From the NCBI GenBank assembly GCA_000004985.1, contig GG738879.1: 64,000 nt of DNA. The stretch is one strand, 5' to 3'. The notes beneath the pieces are model-generated. The model was not told the origin of the DNA. It made no database searches and saw only the letters and a program-made list of their open reading frames with translations. A program made the translations under genes and the position numbers. Below, piece after piece: positions 10,417 through 20,679 of this stretch. Position 1 is the first letter of the stretch, and every line of letters starts with the position of its first letter. Source of the stretch: Naegleria gruberi. Taxonomy: Eukaryota.

Positions 10417-12939
10417 TTAATTTTCACCAATTGGAATGAATTGTGTCATGAGAGGTGGATGTTCTGAAATAAGATTGTCAATATAGACAATTGTGGAATT
10501 GATTGGTTTGTATCGACAATGAGTATGATTTTTAGGTGACATGGCAATGTAATCAAATGTTGTGAAGGATTTAGAAGAATTATTTCTAATAATTTCATGA
10601 CTAATAACTGGATGCATATATGTCTGATTGAAAAAGTTATTGGTCGATTTGAAATTAAGATCTCCAACAAGGAACATGGTTTCAAATTGTCTATTTGCAA
10701 TTTTGCTTTCCTTCCATTCGGCCGTGAGTAAACGGCTGGCATAGAGAGCTTGCTTATTTTGTTCTTGGTGATTTCTGACAGAGAAACTGCTTGTGAAAAA
10801 GTAGAAATTGGTCATGTTAGAAGACATTAATACCTCAGGATCATTCACTCTCACATAGGCCTTTACCATTACAGCTTGTTCACTTTGATCAGAGGGAAGA
10901 AGGTAGAAGCCTCTTTCTCCCAGTGGATATGAGGAAAGAATTGAATTACCAAAGGAACCCTCTCTTAAACTTGGCCCATAATATTCATGCATATTAAGGT
11001 AGAAGCTCAAATATTCCAATAAATCGTTATTAGATGCTGAAATTCTATTCGTATCGCTGTCTTGTAATCCAATAACACTTGCTTTCAAATCTTTTAAGGT
11101 TTGTAAAACACGGTCAAAGTTATTTCTTCCATAAATATCATAACCATTGTGAACATTAAAGGTAACAATGATGAGCTTGTCTCCGTATTGGTTTGTTGGA
11201 GTTTTAAGGTACATTAGTCTATATCCTAAACTTGGAAGCACTGAAAATACGCTAATGATAATAATCACAGCCAATACACGCTTATTAATATGAGCAAATG
11301 GAGATTCTTTTTTTTCAGATTCATCCTCTCTTATCAACCATTTAACAAAACCCTTAAAAGTATATCTATTTTCCTTGCTGGTTGGCTTTTCAACGAGTGG
11401 ATCTTCCTTTCTTCCAATAACAGGTCGTCTAATGAGATTTCCCAATCCTATTCCAAATGTAGAAATTATTACAGAGCTGAAAATTAAAAGGGTGTGTGCT
11501 CTCTTATTAATAATTGTTGAAATCCAAACAACACTTGGATCTATTATGCTTGAAGGGGAGGAAAACTCCAATAAAATAACTTGAAACATGTATGTTGCAA
11601 GAGCTATGAAAGCACAAATTGCAGTTGAAAGATTTGATGTAGGATAGGCATAACCAGTATTTTTTCGGATCAATACATAAACCCATGCAGTTGGTAGAAC
11701 TATAGAAGCAATAATTGAGCTTGTTAGAATGACAATAGAAAATGAGGAATCATCTGTAGGTAAATAGGATAAAATAAAGCAAAATGTTAGCAATGATATA
11801 GCTCCAATTATAGATCTGAAAATAAGTGATACACTAGAAATCACTAGTCCAATATTTAGTGCAATCAAAATGCTCAAATTATATGGAAATCCTGGTAGAC
11901 CACTCCACCGAACAAGAGTAGTTGAAGAACTGAAAAGCCAATGAGTTAAAAATAATAGACACCCAAAGGCCAATCCTCTAGTTATTGCTAAATAGTAAAT
12001 TTTAAGGAAAGAGAAATCAAGGTGGTTGACTTCTTTCAATTGCTCATTTTCATCAATTTCATATCTTTCCTGTTCCATAGTGTCTTTTGAATCCTCTTCT
12101 TCTTGGTAAAGAATCCATCTTCTCCAAAAGAATACAATTATTTCCTCTGTTAAAGATACAATGGCGAATATAATGCAAAATATTAATGAAACTGTTGATA
12201 TTTTCCAAGTTCTTTCACCAATGAAAAGAGGATTGAGTGAACAATAGCCAAATCTCAGATTTACAATCAACACCCAACCAATAATAAATGACCAAAGTCC
12301 TCTTTCACATTGTTTCTTATGTGCATCTCTCATACAAATCACTAAATGGCCAATTAGAAATACTAATGAAACTCCAAGACAAATTACTCTATTTTGTACT
12401 TGTGGTCCATCAAATAAAGGTAAATTAGTTATTAATCCAGCACAACTGCACAAATAAAAGAAAGGCCTTCTACATATATGCAATATGGTATCAAGTTTTT
12501 CTCCAATTGTTCGTTTTTTTTCTTGTAAATATTCGAAATTATATTCTACAAAGTTATTTTCTTCGAGAACAGGTGCTGTCTTATTTGTTAAAGGTAATAA
12601 AAGTGGTGTCGATGAGCTAGTTACAATCATGTGAGTTGTATCAGTGCTCACACTATGCATTCTCATTCTTCGTCCCCTTATAACAGTATCATCCTCTGCC
12701 TCCAAAACTCTCATTAATGATTCATTTCTTCCAAAAATATGTGAAGAAGGAGAAGGATGTTGATAATAATAATCCTGATAGGATCCAGTACCACCTACTG
12801 AAATAGGATTACTCGAAGGAATAGTCAGATATGAAGATGCTTTTTTGTGAGGTAATGAATTATTGATACTTGGAGGATCTTTTTGTTCATTTTGTTGAAT
12901 AGAAGTGTTAGAAGGTTGTTCAGTTTTTGATCTTTCCAA
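10417..12939 (-). CDS. CWH43/PGAP2IP-like multi-pass membrane protein with a C-terminal endonuclease-exonuclease-phosphatase (EEP) domain
   Basis: 840 aa: Ser-rich N-terminus, more than 12 predicted TM helices, then an EEP-like domain (IIVTFNVHNGYD...GLQD...FLVGDLNF). This architecture matches yeast Cwh43, a GPI-anchor lipid remodelling protein. Confidence 0.5.
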   Translation of the reverse strand: MERSKTEQPSNTSIQQNEQKDPPSINNSLPHKKASSYLTIPSSNPISVGGTGSYQDYYYQHPSPSSHIFGRNESLMRVLEAEDDTVIRGRRMRMHSVSTDTTHMIVTSSSTPLLLPLTNKTAPVLEENNFVEYNFEYLQEKKRTIGEKLDTILHICRRPFFYLCSCAGLITNLPLFDGPQVQNRVICLGVSLVFLIGHLVICMRDAHKKQCERGLWSFIIGWVLIVNLRFGYCSLNPLFIGERTWKISTVSLIFCIIFAIVSLTEEIIVFFWRRWILYQEEEDSKDTMEQERYEIDENEQLKEVNHLDFSFLKIYYLAITRGLAFGCLLFLTHWLFSSSTTLVRWSGLPGFPYNLSILIALNIGLVISSVSLIFRSIIGAISLLTFCFILSYLPTDDSSFSIVILTSSIIASIVLPTAWVYVLIRKNTGYAYPTSNLSTAICAFIALATYMFQVILLEFSSPSSIIDPSVVWISTIINKRAHTLLIFSSVIISTFGIGLGNLIRRPVIGRKEDPLVEKPTSKENRYTFKGFVKWLIREDESEKKESPFAHINKRVLAVIIIISVFSVLPSLGYRLMYLKTPTNQYGDKLIIVTFNVHNGYDIYGRNNFDRVLQTLKDLKASVIGLQDSDTNRISASNNDLLEYLSFYLNMHEYYGPSLREGSFGNSILSSYPLGERGFYLLPSDQSEQAVMVKAYVRVNDPEVLMSSNMTNFYFFTSSFSVRNHQEQNKQALYASRLLTAEWKESKIANRQFETMFLVGDLNFKSTNNFFNQTYMHPVISHEIIRNNSSKSFTTFDYIAMSPKNHTHCRYKPINSTIVYIDNLISEHPPLMTQFIPIGEN

Positions 12940-13548
12940 ATATGAAACGATCAGTGATTTTGCTTTTGAATAAATAGCTAATATTACAAGTATAATACAT
13001 GGAATAAAGAATGCAAAAATAAGTGGAATAATTGGTGGAAGACTGGCAAACTCAACTTTGACATAACCTTGAAAAATCAGAGAATAAAACTCTATTAAAA
13101 AACTCCAAGTTAAGAATCCTTTCAGAATATCATGTCAATATTGAATCAAATATTGAACTAAAACATACCAAAATAAATATCAGAGCTAAAGCCAAACCAA
13201 TATAAACAATTCATCAATATCCGATATTTTGTTTGCTCGCTTTCTTTCCTATTTGTGTAATAGGAAAAGTAATTATCATAAAATTCATCTTGATGATTAT
13301 CACGTGTCTTGTTATTATTATTTAAATTGTCAAGAGATGCCGATGACAAATTGTGCCTAGAGGGTGATTTAGTTTTCAACATTTTAACACTATTTAAATA
13401 ATAATAACATTTCAAATACAAGTTCGATGAACTGAAAAAAGCAGTTGATGTTTTGTTTCTATCCGATCTAACAATAAAAACAACACTGAACACTTATTGC
13501 AAAGCAAATTAGGTATTTTTTTTACTTTGTGGAACGTATCTAAAGATT

Positions 13549-15495
13549 TTATCGTTGTTGCTTCTTGTTTTGAGTTGTGGTTGTTGGCATCTTAATGGAT
13601 GTAAACTTGCCAGCAGCAGGAGCAACAGAAGGGGAAGAATTGCTTGTAGAAGAACTAATTATGTCTCTATAAGTTGGTTGTTGAGGAGTTAAAGGCTGTG
13701 AAGTGGCAGTAGTGGTTGTGGAAGCACTGTTTGAGGAAGAACTGTTATCTCTTGAAATAATCTTAAATTGTGAATCAGTCACTGGTGAATCAAGCTTACC
13801 GGAAGGAACATCTGAATTGTGGAATGAAACTTTCAAATGTTTCTTTCCTATTTTATAGCTGTTCATCTTTGAGACAGCTTCCATGGCAGAGTCAATATTA
13901 CAATATTTAACAAAGCCATATCCTTTGCTTAGGTTTGTCTTAGGATCTCTAATGACTTTGACTGATTCAATTTCACCAAATTTAGAGAAAAGTTCCATTA
14001 ATTTTGAATCATCAACATCACCAGGAAGATGGAAAATAAACAAATTAGCGGTTTCGCCTGACTTTGAATTCTTATCTTCTGGAGAGCTACTTTCATTCTT
14101 TGAACGTTTGGTGTGGGTTTGTTCTTGATTTTCATTCATAGAAGATTCATCATACATTGGTACATGGTAGTATGGGTTATAGGGTGTATAAGGATTGAAA
14201 TATGGATTATAGTATGGATTGAAATTATGCAAGAAAGGTCCTTGATTATTTTGATCATCGGATTCATTTGATTTTTCGTTTTCTAATTTATCTTTGGAGA
14301 ATCTATCGGTAGGATGTGATGATACTGGAACACCCATGTGATGAGGTACAAAGTAGGTCATGTGATATGGAACATCGGAATGATATGTCATATCTTGGGA
14401 TGTTTCATCTTGTTGATCATCACGTCTCATTGCCATTTGATTGAACATTGGATATGAATAAAGGGATGGATTCATACCATTTGGATTTGAGAAACCAGTA
14501 TGATGAGAATGGACATATGGATTTGGAACATGTGTTGGAGGTCTGATGATTTGTCTTGTTTTTAACTTTCTCTTTTGTTTTTCATGTTCTGTTTCAGCGA
14601 ATCTAACAACCAGAGGAAGAATATCCTTTGATGAATCATCATCTAATTTGGAACCATTCATTTTTTGAATAGCAGAGAGAGCATCTTTACGATTTTCAAA
14701 TTTACAAAAACCGTAACACTTGCTCCTTTGTGTGTTGATATCGATCATAATCTTCACTTTTGAAATTGGACCAAATACTTCAAAAGCTTGTTTAAGTGTC
14801 TCTTCATCATAGTGAGGTGGAATATTTCTGATGAAAAGATTAGATTGTTGATCTTTTTCCTTATTCCCTGCACTATTGGAAAGCTTACAGAGCAATCTCT
14901 TATTTCCAATAGATTTTTCATTAAGTCCTTGAATAGCATCTTGAGCTTCATTTTCATTTGAAAATCTAACAAATCCAAATCCTAATGATGAATTTTCTCT
15001 TGTTTTATCAGTCATAACGTGGCAACTGACAATCTCTCCAAAAGGTGTGAATAACTCTCTTAAATCTTCATCAGAGAAATGAGGTGGAAGATATTTAACA
15101 AAAACGTTGCAAAGATCTGAATTTTCTGAATCTAGATATTCTTCCTCATCAATGCTTTCCTCTTCTTCCTCTGAGATCCTCTTTGGAATTTCTTGTTGAA
15201 TTTTTTCCTTGGAAATAAGCCCAACAGGACGTGTTCCATTGGAAGTCACCAAGTTGTTTGTAGTAGCAGTAGTGGTAATCTTTGTTTGAGTCTCTTTTCT
15301 TTGACTACTACCAATTCCAACACCAAGATTGATCTTGATGGCATTATTGTTATGTGATTTGGCGTCTTTTTCTAATTGTAAGATTACTGGAGGTTTTTCT
15401 TTTTGAAGAAGTTCAATTGTGTTGGTTGTTTTGTTCTTCTTATCATTTTGTTCAGATCCTGTTGTTGATGACATGTTTTCAAAAGAAGACCACAT
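13549..15495 (-). CDS. CELF/Bruno-like RNA-binding protein with three RRMs
   Basis: RRM1 NVFVKYLP...GFGFVRF; RRM2 NLFIRNIP...YGFCKFE; C-terminal RRM3 NLFIFHLPGDVDDSKLMELFSKFGEIESVKVIRDPKTNLSKGYGFVKY...KIGKKHLKVSF, which is very close to CELF RRM3. A Y/P/N-rich linker separates them. Confidence 0.75.
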   Translation of the reverse strand: MWSSFENMSSTTGSEQNDKKNKTTNTIELLQKEKPPVILQLEKDAKSHNNNAIKINLGVGIGSSQRKETQTKITTTATTNNLVTSNGTRPVGLISKEKIQQEIPKRISEEEEESIDEEEYLDSENSDLCNVFVKYLPPHFSDEDLRELFTPFGEIVSCHVMTDKTRENSSLGFGFVRFSNENEAQDAIQGLNEKSIGNKRLLCKLSNSAGNKEKDQQSNLFIRNIPPHYDEETLKQAFEVFGPISKVKIMIDINTQRSKCYGFCKFENRKDALSAIQKMNGSKLDDDSSKDILPLVVRFAETEHEKQKRKLKTRQIIRPPTHVPNPYVHSHHTGFSNPNGMNPSLYSYPMFNQMAMRRDDQQDETSQDMTYHSDVPYHMTYFVPHHMGVPVSSHPTDRFSKDKLENEKSNESDDQNNQGPFLHNFNPYYNPYFNPYTPYNPYYHVPMYDESSMNENQEQTHTKRSKNESSSPEDKNSKSGETANLFIFHLPGDVDDSKLMELFSKFGEIESVKVIRDPKTNLSKGYGFVKYCNIDSAMEAVSKMNSYKIGKKHLKVSFHNSDVPSGKLDSPVTDSQFKIISRDNSSSSNSASTTTTATSQPLTPQQPTYRDIISSSTSNSSPSVAPAAGKFTSIKMPTTTTQNKKQQR

Positions 15496-16017
15496 TAATA
15501 AATAATAAATATATTATAGAAGAGTAATATAAAAATTTGATGATGATGATATAAAGACTTGTATAAACTGTTAAATATATAAAGCAAACAGATAAAGTAA
15601 AATCTGCTGCTATTCAATATATATTATTATAAAATTTAAACCTATTTCCTCTCCAAATTAACAATATATCTGATGCTAGATTATTGTTACTCTTGGTGTT
15701 GATGCAAAGGTGGTGGAGAGAATATTTTTTAGAGAAAGTTTTTTCCACCACCAACATCAAATTGAACAAGGAAGTTTGGACAGCAAAAAGCGAATGAATC
15801 TTTTTGGGCGTTTAGCATATCTTGAGTGCTATCTATTCAATCTGGGCAGTAATAATGGCTTTTGTATCAATGAGACAGAACCATTAATGCTCCTTATCAT
15901 TGTTTCAACAGTTATAATTTGAAAAATCTTTAAGAATATCTGATTGTTTGTTGTGGGGAGTGGATGATGATGTGTATAGGAATTATATTATTAATTAATA
16001 AAACTTTTAAAACAAAA

Positions 16018-17978
16018 ATGTCCGAATTGTACCATCCATCACCATCAGACCTCATGTTGGCACCATCAAGTTTGTTGGTGTTTGACTTTGATAGTACATT
16101 GGTTAGAGAGGAAAGTTTGGTCACCATGTTGGAGTATGCTTTGAGAGAAGAATACGGAAATGATGAAGAAAAAATTGAGAAAGCTATTGAACAAATCAAG
16201 GAAATTACAAACAAGGGAATTAAAGGAGAAATTACAATGGATACTTCTTATGCAAACAGAGTTGGTACAGTTAAACCAACAAGAAAACATTTGGAAAAAT
16301 ATTTACAAAGACCAATTGATCAAATTTTAACTCCAAAAATGGATATTGTGAGTAAGTGTAATTTGTGGAATTAATATTTATTGGAAAATTTAGTTCAAAA
16401 TGTTAGAGAGCATTATCCTTCTGTTCAAATTCATGTTATTTCTCAAGGACCAAAAGTAATAGTTGAACATTATTCTAAATTATTATTTGGAATTCCAAGT
16501 GAAAATATTCATGCTGTAAATGTAAATTTCCCAGAGGATGGAGTAGATGTTTCAACTCATGAATATATTTCTCCTCAAGATGAAATGTTAGTGAAAGGAA
16601 AAAGTGGAATTTTACAAAAAGTTATTGATGGAATTAATTCACAATATACCACAACAGGAACAAAGGTTGAAAATATCATTGTCGTTGGAGATGGTGTATC
16701 AGATATGAATATGAAACACAAAGGACCTGCAACAGTTGCCATAGGTTTTGGTGCTCACTTACTTTTCCAAAAAACTAAGGAATTGGCAGATTATTATGTA
16801 ACTGATTGTGATCAATTGAATCAATTATTAATTGAAAGACTTTTAAGAGATATGGTAAGCTATAACTTCTTCCCTGGTCCTGCAACAATTCCAACTGAAA
16901 TCATGTTAAAAGTCAAAGATAATCTTGTTTGCTTTGATAGAGGTATTTCTGTTTTTGAATATTCACACCGTTCTCCAAAATTTTTAAATGTTTTAAGCAA
17001 TGCAGAAAAGAAACTCAGAAAAATTGTAGATATACCAGACGATTATGCTGTTCTCTTCTTACAGTAAGTTTTCATTTTACATATTTTGAAATATTTTGAA
17101 AAAGAGGAGGAGCCTATACTCAATTCTCAGCAATACCAATGAATCTTTGTGAAAATACTGATAATTCTGCCATTTATTTGGTATCTGGTATTTGGTCAAA
17201 GAAGGCCTATCAAGAAGCAAAGGAATTTATGGGTGGAAATGTTCAACAATTGAGTTTAGAAGAAGCTGATACAATTACATCCAATGAATTCTATACTCGT
17301 TGCTCTTATGTTTATTATTGTGATAATGAAACAGTTCATGGTGTTGAGAAGCCGAATGACTTCCTTGACCAAGTCTCCAAAGATGGTAAAATATTAGTTT
17401 GTGATATGAGTTCAAACTTTTTATCTAGACCTGTCAATGTTAGAAAGTATGGTCTCATTTATGCATGTGCCCAAAAGAATTTTGGTATTGCTGGGCTCAC
17501 AATTGTAATTATTAGAAAGGATTTAATTAAGGAAAGGGAAAATTATGTTCCTTCAATGCTCGACTATCAAGCATTATATGAAGAAAAATCACTTCTCAAT
17601 ACACCTGTCACTGCAGCAATTTATGTTGCTGACTTGGTATTTGATTGGATTATTGAGATTGGCGGATTATCTGCTCTGAATGAATTGGCTATTAAGAGAT
17701 CAAATCTGCTCTATGACACTTTAGAAAAATCATCATTCTTTGAAGTTCCAATCAAGGAGGACATTCGTTCAAGAATGAATGTTGTTTTCAAGATTAAGAA
17801 GGAAAGTTTAGAAAAGACTTTTGTTAAGGAAGCTGAAAAGGTTGGATTGATTGGATTGCCAGGTCACAGAAGTGTTGGAGGATTCAGAGCTAGTCTTTAT
17901 AATGGTATGTCAATGAAAGGAGTTGAGAGACTTTGCAAATTTATTCAAGCATTTGAAAACAAGTTCAATACTCAATAA
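16018..17978 (+). CDS. Bifunctional phosphoserine phosphatase (HAD, SerB-like) - phosphoserine aminotransferase (SerC-like) fusion, three exons: join(16018..16351,16394..17063,17105..17978)
   Basis: Exon 1 carries the HAD motif DFDSTL. Exon 2 carries ...VQIHVISQGPKVIVEH...GDGVSD..., then continues with no stop into the PSAT N-terminus MVSYNFFPGPATIP. Exon 3 carries YYCDNETVHGVE and the PLP-lysine motif AQKNFGIAGLTIV. Introns of 42 and 41 nt restore frame. Total 1878 nt, 625 aa. Confidence 0.7.
16352..16393 (+). other. Spliceosomal intron (42 nt), PSP region
   Basis: GTAAGT...AATTAAT...TTTAG. Splicing gives LTPKMDIV|IQNVREH, which matches the human PSPH alignment. Confidence 0.7.
17064..17104 (+). 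other. Spliceosomal intron (41 nt), PSAT region
   Basis: CA|GTAAGT...AAAAAG|A. Splicing gives VLFLQ-GGAYTQFSAIPMNL, which matches PSAT FLQGGGxGQFSAVPLNL. Confidence 0.7.
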
Positions 17979-18827
17979 TAACACTCACTAATTAGTATAA
18001 TTTATTATCATTGTGTTTACAAAATACAAAATCTTTAAAGAAACGATTTTTACTCTTAATGAGTTTTACCAGAATTTCTTACTCCGCATCCCCTTTTAGC
18101 ACTATTTTATTCCTTTCCTCATTTTCATATTTAATTACATGACTCTTTTAATGAAGTTGTCAAACTACACTCGCATAATATTTTCAAATGCAATTCTTTG
18201 AATTCAAACAAAATGAACTTGTTATGTATGAATCTTTCTACATCTAACTTCTGTCTGACTCAAAAGTCAAGTGGGAGATCAATGTCTTAGATTCTAAATT
18301 TATTCATGGTGAATGGATAATGAATCTCTCAGAGAGTACGATGATGTTCGTTGCCTTTACTCGCTGTAAATCATCGTTGTACATTTTTCTGCAAGCTTAA
18401 TGTGCAATAAAATCATTTATTAACTGATTTAATATGCAGCATGAATGTTGTTGAGGAGAGAGAGAAGAAGAGTGATGTTATCCATATTTCTCTTCATCAA
18501 CAACAATAATGAATAATGGATAATGAATCATCTACGAGACAATCATCAATAATCCATCATCCAACTGATGTGATCAATAATAAGCCACACGCTCACACTC
18601 CTAACAACAACATCAAAATCTCTTTGGATAATTTTAATAATGGGTAGGATGATGTTCTTTTGTGATGGATGGTAAGCTAGTGGCTAGCTTGTTTCAACAA
18701 CACAGTGATCGTTACCCAGTGCATTTAATTGATGCTCAACTTCCAATTAATCCACTATTATTATCAACAAAAAAAACAACGACAACCTTGAGTTCAGTCC
18801 AACACAACCAAGCCAACTCAATTGTAC

Positions 18828-18836
18828 TATATATAG
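18828..18836 (+). promoter_or_regulatory. TATA-like element (TATATATAG) about 120 nt upstream of the 18952 ATG
   Basis: Sequence match only. Confidence 0.25.
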
Positions 18837-18951
18837 ATATTAAATCTGCCACCTGCCTGTAAAATATATTGTATTCTAATACTAACAGTTTCTAATAACT
18901 AGTCCTCTCTAATTTCAAGCTTACAAGTGTCAACAATCAAAAATACTCAAA

Positions 18952-20202
18952 ATGCTTACTAATGAAACATTCTTATTAGAATCCGCTCATCAAACAAGTA
19001 GTAAACTAATCAGTAAGGCACCTAAATGTACTATTGAATCCTTTCAATTATTACTTGGTGCAATTGACTATATCAATGACAATGGCGGACAAGAAACCTT
19101 CCCTAAATTATTAATTTATGATGACACAGCAGCAACAGCAAATCATCATACTACAACAACAACAATAACCGAAGAACTTTCTAATAGTAATTCAATTGAA
19201 GAAGATTATGTACCTCCTTCTCTGACAATTAGTGACGAATCTGAGGATAAATCTTCGGAGGATGAACAAGCATCAACTACACAAACTCAAACTATCACAA
19301 CTCCAAAATCTAAATCAAATAATTCTAAACATTCGAATAGTAGTAATACAAATGGAAAGGCTAGAGGAGGTCATTACCGTAACGGTGTTGATGATTCTTC
19401 TTTAATATGTAGTTGTTGCAAAAGAGATTCATCATCAGTGAGTTTTCTCAAAAACTATAGTATTCATGCAGGTAATATTGACAATTACCGAAACACATTC
19501 CCAGACTATGATGTTGTACCTGGTATTTCATGCATGACATGTTATCATAAGAGTTGGAGATATAGCAAGGGTCTCTATGATCCAAACAAAGCAAGAGGAA
19601 CAGTTAATAAGAGAGAGGGAATTCAAAAGAGTCCTTCTCCATCTTCTTCAACTCCATCCTCCTCAACTCGTAAGAAGAACGCATCTCAAAAGAGAAAATC
19701 CAATAGTAATGCAGTTGTTGAACAACAACAACTTGATAATGAAGTAAACTCCTCTGAAGATGTCAAGAGTAAACCAAGAAAGATTTCAAAGAGAAGACAA
19801 AATTCCTCTCCTTCATCCAATCAATCTAATGGTAATGATAATTCAAATCAAAATGATTTGGAATTTGAAAATCAAATGAATGAAAATCAATCATACACCA
19901 CCTCTACATATGAAAATTCTCAGGGGTTACATCATTCTTTGAGATTGGTTTTGAAATTTGTTTGGATAGAGCAAGGTGATGATGGAGAAGTGTATTCTTG
20001 CCCAATGAGTTTAGATTTTGTTCCTACCACTCTAACTTCAATCAAATCTCTGGTTATTGGAAAATTAAAGACTAAATTGTCTGGTTATGAATGTGACTCA
20101 ATTGTGTGGTGTCACGATAATCAGAAAACTCTCCTAACTGATACTGAATTACAGCAAAAAGCTTTGAGAAATGATGATATTCTCATTGTGAATGTAAAAT
20201 AA
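18952..20202 (+). CDS. Hypothetical S/T/N-rich protein with a Cys cluster (CSCC...CMTC) and a C-terminal beta-grasp (ubiquitin-/PB1-like) region
   Basis: 416-aa ORF starting at an ATG; heavy low complexity; no recognised enzymatic domain. Confidence 0.5.
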   Translation: MLTNETFLLESAHQTSSKLISKAPKCTIESFQLLLGAIDYINDNGGQETFPKLLIYDDTAATANHHTTTTTITEELSNSNSIEEDYVPPSLTISDESEDKSSEDEQASTTQTQTITTPKSKSNNSKHSNSSNTNGKARGGHYRNGVDDSSLICSCCKRDSSSVSFLKNYSIHAGNIDNYRNTFPDYDVVPGISCMTCYHKSWRYSKGLYDPNKARGTVNKREGIQKSPSPSSSTPSSSTRKKNASQKRKSNSNAVVEQQQLDNEVNSSEDVKSKPRKISKRRQNSSPSSNQSNGNDNSNQNDLEFENQMNENQSYTTSTYENSQGLHHSLRLVLKFVWIEQGDDGEVYSCPMSLDFVPTTLTSIKSLVIGKLKTKLSGYECDSIVWCHDNQKTLLTDTELQQKALRNDDILIVNVK

Positions 20203-20679
20203 ATGCATTGAATAGTTCAAATTTTGTGTCTTTATCTAAACAACAAACATAGGAAAAGCTGTGGTAATCGATGCAAAAATGTCCTTAAAGCTGCAAATAA
20301 TTTATTGAACAAGTTTAAAACGGAGAGTTTCACCTTTTAGGGGATCATTCGAAACATGCTGGAATAAAGATTATTAAGGCTGGTCCAAAATGTGGTATAC
20401 TATCTGGGAGTATTTCATTCATAATCTCCACATTCAAATTATTATATTTTCAATTTCACAATAGTTTATTCGAATCTATTGTATTCGTTTAGTGGTGTGG
20501 AAATGTGAAAGAACCTCTACTAGTTTTGATATCATTTTTTCTAGCCTTTTTTTGAACAATGATTTGTATTGCAAAATAAAGCCTTCTGGAAGTGGCGCCA
20601 AACTTTGATTTAAAAAACTCAACACTGCAACACCAACCTGAAACAAACTCAAAAAAAAATACTCAACTCTTTCACTAAA

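Noticed and set aside
13158-13493. ORF 13158..13493 (minus), considered as a possible 5' exon of the CWH43-like gene or an independent small gene.
   Set aside because: Low-complexity Y/N/S-rich text with no in-frame splice connection to 12939. It sits in the spacer between the CELF 3' end and the CWH43-like start.
18662-18862. Short ORFs in intergenic spacers (18662..18862, 8292..8513, 27671..27871, 30693..30899, 50732..51018).
   Set aside because: No conservation signal, atypical composition, and they overlap promoter or 3' regions. ORF 30693..30899 overlaps the tRNA-His gene itself.
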